Part shown: in pieces, positions 51,371 through 59,339 of the stretch
Numbering within the stretch: position 1 is the first letter of the stretch
How the letters are laid out: each line of letters opens with the position of its first letter
Assembly: GCA_963662465.1 (NCBI GenBank)
Contig: OY759599.1
Coordinates: 5,472,001-5,536,000, forward strand
Length of the DNA stretch: 64,000 nt
DNA from: Desulfatiglandales bacterium
Lineage (GTDB): Bacteria > Desulfobacterota > DSM-4660 > Desulfatiglandales > Desulfatiglandaceae
Direction: 5' to 3'
Translations under genes and position numbers: made by a program
Notes under the pieces: model-generated
What the model was told of the DNA's origin: nothing
What the model saw: the letters and a program-made list of their open reading frames with translations, nothing else
The model's database searches: none

Positions 51371-51399
51371 ACGTTAACCTTATAGGGTAATTCCGTCAA
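51371..51399 (-). promoter_or_regulatory. mqsRA promoter with an MqsA-type operator palindrome
   Basis: TTGACG-17-TAACGT, 5 nt from the ATG; TAACCT-N3-AGGGTA at 51375-51389 resembles the E. coli MqsA box TAACCT-N3-AGGTTA. Confidence 0.75.
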
Positions 51400-51673
51400 G
51401 GAATGTTTAGTACGCTTGCGCTTCCACCTTATTGACACCTCTCATATTTCCAGTAACGTGGAATTGGTTGATTTGATAATCAGTAAGGGAGGATAGGAAA
51501 TGACGAACGATTCCACGGCAACAGAAAGCCGGATACGGAAAGATATGGGGTCGTGAAAGCCAAAAGGGGGCTTAAGGTGAATCAAATTATTTGACTTTTT
51601 TGACATCTTTCAAAAAAGCGCAAAAGTAGTTTACATTTTACCTTGAAAACACTCATTTTCACTCGGTTCTACC

Positions 51674-51724
51674 TGTGAGAGAGGCTTTCAGCATCGACCA
51701 TCGCGGCGAGACGCCGCTCCCACA
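51674..51724. repeat. REP-like inverted doublet
   Basis: TGTGaGAGaGGC-TTTCA-GCatCGA facing the reverse complement of TGTGGGAGCGGC-GTCTC-GCCGCGA. Confidence 0.6.
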
Positions 51725-51889
51725 GGGGAGTTCTCATGCTTGGAAACGAGATGCATGGGGGCAAAAGTGTAAACTGGAAAATGAAGGATGCCAAAAATTG
51801 CATCAAATCTTCGTAATGGGGGGCTGATTAACGGCGCTTCTCTGACATATCTCAAATTCCCGTATCGTTATCAATCAATTTTTTACTTT

Positions 51890-54024
51890 TCACCACAACA
51901 ACTCATCGGGCCTTGGCGGAAGACCCTCACCGCTGTCAACAATAAAGCTGCCCGCCTGTTCGGGGTCCCGGATTTCACACCGTTCAGGGAGGAGTTCGTC
52001 CGCACTTAGAAATGATTTCCACAAGGGAACCATGGCGTTTACAATGTCCTGCACGGGAGAATTGACCGAGATTTTTCCTTCCTTGCCGGAAACCTGGGAA
52101 CTGGCGGTGATGTCGCCGTCCGGGGAGAGAAAAACCGCATCGGCAATAATGGTGATATCTCCCCCATAACCCTGATCTGCGTTGGCGGTCAGGTCGCTGT
52201 TTTCGAGGGCAACGTAGGTGGAGGCGTTGATCGTCACATTACCGCCTTTTCCCTCCCCGGATTTCACGCTGGTGCTGATGCCGCTGTTGTGGGTCAGTTG
52301 AATGTCTTTTCCGGTGATGTTGATGTTTCCTCCCAGCGCGTTTGCGGCATTGGTTTTTATTGTGCCATTGTCAAGGGACAATAGATTGCCGGTATGGATG
52401 TTGATGGACCCGGCATTGCCGGTACTCGAACTTCCGGCGGAGATGGTGGCGCCATCCTTTATTGAAAGGTTTCCGGCTGTTACTGAGATATTCCCGGCTT
52501 TCCCAACACTATAAGTGTTGCTGAAGAACCCGCTATCTGACCCCGTGATGCTGATGGAACCCACGGCATTGATCGTAATATTGCCCCCCTTGCCGGTCGA
52601 ACCTTCCCGGGCGCCGGCCCCAACCTGTGCGCCATCCCTGAACGAGATATTAGTCCCTTCAAACAAAATATCACCCGCATCCCCCGCGCCATAGGTATTT
52701 GCAGCCATATCTCCTCCCGTCGCGTGCAACTCATCCGCCTTGACGCTGATCGTACTATACCACCATGGCCCGCACCGGTTGTGTTCGCCTGAATTACCCC
52801 ACCCTCTTCAAGCGAAAGGCTGGTAGCCGTGACCGTGACGCTTCCCCCATCCCCTTTTCCACGCGTGTTGCTGAAAAGACCGCTTGGGTATCCAACGTTG
52901 CTTTTTCCTCCAATTAAAACAATGCCTTTGGCACTTACCGTAATATCTCCTGCTCTGCCTTTGGCCTCTTCTATGCAAACAGAGCTAATTTGAGAGCCAT
53001 TGGTCAAAGACAGGTTTGTTGAATCAAACATGATATTGCCGGCATCGCCCGCGCCATTAGTCCATGAGTTCACGCGAGCATTGTGATCCAGCGACACACC
53101 ATCCTTCACCCTTACATCAATCCCCCCACGACTATCCTTATCCCCCATGGTGTTGGCATACACCTTTCCCCCATCCACATAAAAATTCCCCCCACGCACA
53201 TAAACAACTCCGCCTCCTTCACCACTCACATCCACATCCCCAATTTCGTACCAGACCTTGACATGATCCACCTCCGAGCGCTTAATATTGATATTCCCGA
53301 GCCGTGCAAATGAATCCACCCCCGCTCCCGAAGATCCCATGGTTACTTCCCCTGCGGAAGCCACGCTCACTAGATCGATCTCGCCGCCTGGGGCATGAAG
53401 CGTTGCATCATTCAGCGTGATATCCCCTCCCACAAGAGAAAGGGTCTCCCCCTCGGGAACTTTCAAGTAGCTCCCCTGTACCGTAATCGGCGCCGTAGTA
53501 TCGTCCAGAAAACCAAAGGCAGAGGGGGGATCAACCGTCAAAACGCTCTGCTCGGGATGGATGGCGTCAAACCGTCCTGTTTCCCCCAGAAGTAGGTAAT
53601 CGGCGGTACTCGCATGAAACGAACCGTTCACATCCAGGGTGGCGTTGGGGCCGAACATCATGCCGTATGGGTTTATGAGAAACAGGTTGGCCCCCGGAAT
53701 GGTGCAGCCGAGCCTCCCGTCAATGAGGGAAGACGTGCCCCCGGTGACGCGCCCGATGACATTCTGTATCCCGCCGGGGCCGGTAAAGGTCCCGCTTTCG
53801 CCGGTATTGATATTGAAGGTCTCGAAGCTGTGAAAGAGGTTGGCCCCCGCCTGGGATCCCATTTTGTCGGTGATCACATAGTTGGGCCCGGACACGGCCC
53901 CTTTCTGACCGACGGTCCCATCCAGCACCACCTCGGCATGGGCAAAGGCAACCAGGCATACCAGTAAAGAAGAAGCCGTTCCGGTCCACCCAATGACTTT
54001 TTGAAAACGGTTAAACACTTTCAT
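51890..54024 (-). pseudogene. TpsA copy C, shorter, frameshifted by a 5-bp insertion at ~52754-52758
   Basis: N- and C-termini nearly identical to 43589-47488; GHGG|atagt|TISVKADEL versus GHGGTITVKADEL in copy B. Confidence 0.9.
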
Positions 54025-54320
54025 GAGATCCCCCTTTTTCCATATCGATATGCCAAAGGAACGGACGTGATTTCCCGGTTTTCATAAGGCGCTAAAATCT
54101 CCGATAATTCCGCGTCCGGAAAAACCGTGTTCCCCTCCAGATTGACCTGCCGCACAATCACTTTCGGCATTGCGGAAAGCCGGTCTTTCTGGGGAGCGGG
54201 GAGAATCTCCGGCTGGGCTGCCGCCGCGAAGGGGGACGCAAGGGCAAGCGCGGTAAAACCCAGCAGACACGTGACGATCATTTTTTGGATGTTATTGAGG
54301 AAAACGGTGGGTATGGGCAT
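54021..54320 (-). pseudogene. TpsB copy C with a ~1.43-kb deletion
   Basis: Matches the TpsB N-terminus up to ENREIT, then jumps at CGGA (54062-54065) into the TpsA leader. Confidence 0.9.
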
Positions 54321-54523
54321 AAAAAAACCTCAACAGATGATTGGCATGCGGGAATCTGAATTGACGCTGATTCCTTTTCCTGATATCATCATTCAGTCAT
54401 TGAAAATCAGGTTTTTTTATCTACCATGCCGGGTTTTCGAAATCAACGAGATTTCAGCAAACAGCTATTTTTATCTATAACACGGGCAAAATTCCCCAGT
54501 TTGATGAAATTGAACTTCATAAT

Positions 54524-56422
54524 ATGAGATGGATTTCCAGAGAAATGCAACGTCCCCTGTCCATGGGGATACTGATCGGCATCATGGTGAGCCTGTGTCT
54601 CATCCGGCTGCACCATACGGGGAAACTTCAGTTTCTGGAATTGACGGTCTATGACTACTATGTGGTGCAGCGTTCCGGACTGGAACAAACAGCGTCTCCT
54701 CCCATTGCCTTGATCTCCATTTCAGAGGACGATATTCAACATTTTGGGTGGCCCATGAACGACGCCACGATGGCGCGCATGCTCGAAATACTCCTTAAGC
54801 AAAAGCCCCGGGTCATCGGCCTCGATATTTATCGGGATATCCCCGTGCCGCCGGGGAGTACGGCCCTTGAAGCCATTTTCAAAGCGCATCAAAACATTGT
54901 CGCCATAAAAAAAATGGGCGACAAAAATGCCCCCGGTATTTCCGCGCCCTTCATGGCAGGCATACAAAACCCGGTGGGGTTCTGCGATCTTCTTCTGGAC
55001 CCCGCTGGCACAGTACGCAGAGCCCTCCTCTTCATGGAAGACGGCGACTTGCACGTCTCCTTTGCCCTGTTCCTGGCCCTTATCTACCTGGAACCGGAAG
55101 GGATTAAACCGCTTCCTGATTCACAACCCCTGCGGTTGGGCAAAGCCACCTTTGTGCCCCTTGAATCCAGTGACGGCGGGTATGTAGGGATGGATGCCGG
55201 GGGCTACCAGTTTCTTTTGGATTATCGGGATGGCATCTCTCCCTTTCGCACATTCTCTCTGGCGGATGTGCTGGCGGAAAAATTCGATCCTTCCGCCATT
55301 AAAGACAGGGTGGTTATCATCGGTTCTTCGGCGGAAAGCACACCGGACTTCTTTTCCACCCCCTTCAGCCGGTTTGTCAAATCCCGGTTAAAAGTCCCGG
55401 GCGTGGCCATCCACGCGGGCGCCGTGAGCCAGTTGATCCGTTTTGCACTGGGAAAATCCGAGCCTCTCGGTTTCTGGAGCGAAACCTGTGAATGGGGGTG
55501 GATCGTGTTGTGGGGGCTGATGGGATCCCTTTTGTGTCTCAGAATTCGCTCCCTCCCCCTTTTTCTGGTTTGCGCTCTGTTTGCCGTCAGCCTTCTTTTT
55601 CTGTTGACCTTCCTGCTTTTCCAGCAAAATATCTGGGCGCCGGTTACCGCTCCCGCCGCCGCTTTTCTGGCCGCCGCGGGGCTCATGGGCTTCTACATGT
55701 TTCACCTGGAAAAAGCGCAACGAGGCCTTTTAATGGGGCTCTTCTCGACGTATGTGTCCGGCGATATTGCAGAGACCATCTGGGAGCAACGAGACCAGTT
55801 TATGGATGGCGGCAGACCCCGTTCTCAGACATTGACCGCCACGGTGCTCTTTACCGACATTCGGGATTTTACTCAGATGGCTGAAAATATGGACGCTCAA
55901 GAACTCATAGACTGGCTCAACGAATACCTGGCGGCAATGGTAAACCAGGTGTCAAGCAACAAAGGCATCGTAGACAAATATGTGGGTGATGCCATCATGG
56001 CCGTTTTCGGAGTTCCGGTGCCGCGGACAAACGATGGGGAGTTTGCGGAAGATGCCGTCAATGCCGTACGTTCCGCGCTGAACATGGGGCTGGAAATGGA
56101 CCGACTCAACAGAATGTGGTCGGATCAGGGCCGACCCACCGGCAAAATGCGGGTCGGCATCCATACCGGCCCGTTGACGGTGGGGAGTGTGGGGAGCGCC
56201 CAGCGGCTCGAATATACGGTGATCGGCGACACGGTAAACATTGCTTCGAGGCTGGAAAGCTTCGATAAGTCCCTGGATTCGGAAAGCTCCTGCCGTATCC
56301 TGATCAGCAATGCCACCCGAAACTATCTGGGGAAACGGTTTTGCGTCGAAAGGTTGACTCAGGCGCAATTAAAGGGTAAGCGTCAGTGGGTTGAAATTTA
56401 CAAGGTTCTCGATGAAAAATGA
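54524..56422 (+). CDS. CHASE2-domain class III adenylate cyclase (start may be 54545)
   Basis: N-terminal TM, CHASE2 (GWP..D, VIGLDIYRDIP, PGVAIHA), 3 TM, LFTDIRDFT, DKYVGDAIMA, EYTVIGDTVNIASRLES. Confidence 0.94.
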   Translation: MRWISREMQRPLSMGILIGIMVSLCLIRLHHTGKLQFLELTVYDYYVVQRSGLEQTASPPIALISISEDDIQHFGWPMNDATMARMLEILLKQKPRVIGLDIYRDIPVPPGSTALEAIFKAHQNIVAIKKMGDKNAPGISAPFMAGIQNPVGFCDLLLDPAGTVRRALLFMEDGDLHVSFALFLALIYLEPEGIKPLPDSQPLRLGKATFVPLESSDGGYVGMDAGGYQFLLDYRDGISPFRTFSLADVLAEKFDPSAIKDRVVIIGSSAESTPDFFSTPFSRFVKSRLKVPGVAIHAGAVSQLIRFALGKSEPLGFWSETCEWGWIVLWGLMGSLLCLRIRSLPLFLVCALFAVSLLFLLTFLLFQQNIWAPVTAPAAAFLAAAGLMGFYMFHLEKAQRGLLMGLFSTYVSGDIAETIWEQRDQFMDGGRPRSQTLTATVLFTDIRDFTQMAENMDAQELIDWLNEYLAAMVNQVSSNKGIVDKYVGDAIMAVFGVPVPRTNDGEFAEDAVNAVRSALNMGLEMDRLNRMWSDQGRPTGKMRVGIHTGPLTVGSVGSAQRLEYTVIGDTVNIASRLESFDKSLDSESSCRILISNATRNYLGKRFCVERLTQAQLKGKRQWVEIYKVLDEK

Positions 56423-56459
56423 AACCGGGAAGCGCTATTTCTTTTAAAAGGAGGAAATC

Positions 56460-57266
56460 ATGAAATTTTTAGGGACCTGTTATTCCCCGGCGTCGGTTGC
56501 GGCAATGATCATTTTGTTTCTCTTTTTTTCCTGCTACGGGGATTCAGTTCGCGGTGCGGATTCGGAAACAGTTGGGACAAAGCTCTCTGGAATGAGCGCC
56601 AAAGACACGCCCGCGGAAAAGACCCCGGAATTCCGGCTGATGGCATACGCTCCCCCCAAACGAGGCAAACCCGGTGGTCGCATCGGAGGGGGGACGCGGG
56701 GGGAAGGAAAAAACTTTCCCGTTGTCAGCGTACTGGCGCCGGATCATACCGCTCACACCACAAAAGCTCAGCCCGATCTCTACTGCTATGTATCCAACCC
56801 CACCAACAAATCCATTGAATTTACCCTCAATCTGGAACAGGAGGGAAAGACGATTGCCCATGAGGGCATAAAAGGGGGACCGCAAGAAGGCATTTGGCGC
56901 CTCAGCCTGTCTGATTTGGGGGTTGGCCTGTCGCCGGATACCCAGTACACCTGGTTTGTCACCATGGTTCTCGATCCGAATCAACCGTCCACGGACGTGT
57001 TTTCAGGCGGCGCCATCATGCGGGTAAACCCTTCCGGCAAACTCGAGAAAAGGCTGGCAGGGGCGAAGGAAATGGACATCCCCGCCATCTATGCGGCGGA
57101 AGGGATCTGGTATGAGGCCCTGGCGTCTCTTTCACGGTTGATCGACAAATACCCTGAAAACAAGACTCTGCGCCTGCAACGTGCAAATCTTCTTGAACAG
57201 GTGCGCCTTGAAAAGGAGGCGGCCTTTGACAGAAAAGCTGCGGGAGGTGCTGCATCACCCCAGTGA
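56460..57266 (+). CDS. DUF928 domain exported protein
   Basis: Signal peptide; P.GR.GGGTRG, L.P...T...P, Y.W, YA..GIWYEAL..L, LLEQV.L. Confidence 0.9.
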   Translation: MKFLGTCYSPASVAAMIILFLFFSCYGDSVRGADSETVGTKLSGMSAKDTPAEKTPEFRLMAYAPPKRGKPGGRIGGGTRGEGKNFPVVSVLAPDHTAHTTKAQPDLYCYVSNPTNKSIEFTLNLEQEGKTIAHEGIKGGPQEGIWRLSLSDLGVGLSPDTQYTWFVTMVLDPNQPSTDVFSGGAIMRVNPSGKLEKRLAGAKEMDIPAIYAAEGIWYEALASLSRLIDKYPENKTLRLQRANLLEQVRLEKEAAFDRKAAGGAASPQ

Positions 57267-57296
57267 AAATTCCGTGTATGTGTGATAAATCCGCAC

Positions 57297-59339
57297 CTAC
57301 GGAAGCGCCGGCATCCGTTCCGTTCTGAGCAACCGTCCCAGGCCCGACGCCCGATGGATGCGCCGCCTTACGGCTTCCCCCAGCAGGTCATTGTTCGGAC
57401 TCACCAGGGTGAACCATTCCCGTGAACGCGTGATGGCGGTGTACAGCAGTTCCCGCGTCAACACCGGCGTCATGTGGTCGGGAAGAACAACTGCCGTATG
57501 GTCAAATTCCGATCCCTGACTCTTGTGAACCGTCATGGCATACACGGTTTCAACATGGTTCAGCCTGGAGGGCAGCACTTTTTTTAGGGAACCGTCCGGC
57601 ATGGGGAACACCACCCTCAGGGTTTTTCCCTTCCCGCCATGATCATCATTTACATAGAGGACGATACCGGTATCCCCATTCATCAATCCCAAACTGTAAT
57701 CATTGCGGGTGATCATGATCGGGCGACCGGGATACCACCCCTCTTCGGCGCCGATGAGTTCTGATCGGAAAAGGATATGCGCCGCTTTTTCGTTGAGGCC
57801 CTCAACCCCCCAGGGACCCTTTCGCAATGGCGACAGCAGTTGAAAAGCACCAAAATCCCTGAGCGTTTCCTTAATCCAGATATCTTCCGGATCGTTTCCG
57901 GGGCCGGATCTCACCCGCTCCAGGTATGCACGATAACCTATTTTGGATTGCGGATTGCAGATTGCGGATTGCGGATTTGAACAGGCGCCAAAAGCGGCGG
58001 CGGGGTCGGATAGAGAACCGTGACCATCCAGAATCAAATGGGCGAAGGCGTTGTCGTCAAGGCTGTTGACGGACAGGCGACAGATGTCAGTGAACCCCAT
58101 GCGCCAGATTTCATCTACTGTTTTCGGATTTCCAGCGTTGACAGCCCGGGAAAGCGCCCCAATGCCGCTTTTTTCACCGAAACGGTGGCTTTTCCGCAAC
58201 AGGGCAATATGCTGATCCAGTGGGGCGCCGGCCCCCCTGAAATCATGGAGATCATATCCCGTGTGCCGTTTGATCCATTGGATGGTTTCCGTCCGATAAT
58301 GGCCCTCTTCCCCATATTGACAAAGATCCCCCAGCACGGCGCCGGCTTCCACCGAGGCCAGTTGATCTTTGTCCCCCAGCAGAATCAACCGAGCATTTTC
58401 AGGGAGTGCATCCAGAAGTGCCGCCATGATTTCGAGATCGATCATGGATGCTTCATCCACCACCAGCAGATCAAGGTGCAGGGGATTTTGGTAGTGATGG
58501 ACAAAATGGCGGGTATCGGGCCGACTCCCCAACAGACGATGCAGGGTTGTGACGCCCTCGGGCAGGATTTTTCGCATGTTTTCAGGAAGGGCATCCATTG
58601 TGTAGGCCATGGATTCCGTCAGGCGCGCGGCAGCCTTTCCCGTGGGGGCCGCCATGCGAATGCGCAGTTTTTTCCCTTTTTCCAATGCCACTTGCTGCAA
58701 AAGCGCCAGCAGATAAACCACGGTGGTGGTTTTTCCGGTTCCGGGTCCACCTGAAATCACGCTGAACGCGCTCTTTGCCGCAATGGCGGTCGCCACACTC
58801 TGCCAGTGCATCTCAACCCGGGTTTTTTCCCGATCACTGCGAAGGGGTTCAAATATCTGATCGAGGCGCTCGGACAAATTGTCGGGAACTGGGTATTCAC
58901 GAATCAGTCGATCCAGGATGTTTTTGGCCACGGATCGGGTGTATTGCCAGTAGCGTCGCATATAAAGAAGATCGGCATCTAACACCAGGGGCGTGTTTCC
59001 GGCGCCGGAGGCCACAAAGGGCGATTCCCGAAGGCAATGTTCCAGGAACGGCAGGGAAATGTTCGCCAGAACATTCGGGGAGTGAACGGACATTTTTTCT
59101 CCCGACTGCTTTTCGGGGGGCAACGACAGGGTTTTCTCCGGGTCCGAAAGCATGGCCCGCAAATCAAGACAGATGTGGCCTCTTCCCACTTGATGGCTGG
59201 TGAGGGCCGCCAACAGCAATACCAGTTCGGAGGTTTCCGGGGCCTGTGCTTTTAAAAATCGGGCAAAAGCACCATCCAGCGATCTTAACCAGCCGACGGC
59301 CACCCAGTCTTCCAACAGATTTGACAGGTCAGGGTTCAA
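57297..59339 (-). CDS. recD: Exodeoxyribonuclease V alpha subunit
   Basis: GGPGTGKTT, APTGKAA, VDEASMID, AMTVHKSQGSEF; TTG start with AAGGAG RBS overlapping the recB end. Confidence 0.95.
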   Translation of the reverse strand: MNPDLSNLLEDWVAVGWLRSLDGAFARFLKAQAPETSELVLLLAALTSHQVGRGHICLDLRAMLSDPEKTLSLPPEKQSGEKMSVHSPNVLANISLPFLEHCLRESPFVASGAGNTPLVLDADLLYMRRYWQYTRSVAKNILDRLIREYPVPDNLSERLDQIFEPLRSDREKTRVEMHWQSVATAIAAKSAFSVISGGPGTGKTTTVVYLLALLQQVALEKGKKLRIRMAAPTGKAAARLTESMAYTMDALPENMRKILPEGVTTLHRLLGSRPDTRHFVHHYQNPLHLDLLVVDEASMIDLEIMAALLDALPENARLILLGDKDQLASVEAGAVLGDLCQYGEEGHYRTETIQWIKRHTGYDLHDFRGAGAPLDQHIALLRKSHRFGEKSGIGALSRAVNAGNPKTVDEIWRMGFTDICRLSVNSLDDNAFAHLILDGHGSLSDPAAAFGACSNPQSAICNPQSKIGYRAYLERVRSGPGNDPEDIWIKETLRDFGAFQLLSPLRKGPWGVEGLNEKAAHILFRSELIGAEEGWYPGRPIMITRNDYSLGLMNGDTGIVLYVNDDHGGKGKTLRVVFPMPDGSLKKVLPSRLNHVETVYAMTVHKSQGSEFDHTAVVLPDHMTPVLTRELLYTAITRSREWFTLVSPNNDLLGEAVRRRIHRASGLGRLLRTERMPALP
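57945..57979 (-). repeat. Heptamer repeat (AATCCGC)n inside recD
   Basis: ggattgc ggattgc agattgc ggattgc ggatttg, encoding SNPQSAICNPQSK in frame. Confidence 0.85.

Noticed and set aside
51499..51555. 18-codon ORF with a strong RBS (MTNDSTATESRIRKDMGS)
   Set aside because: Too short to assign; probably a truncated gene start
34013..57296. Classical integrative island at tRNA-Asp
   Set aside because: No integrase and no duplicated tRNA-Asp 3' end were seen; called an accessory region only
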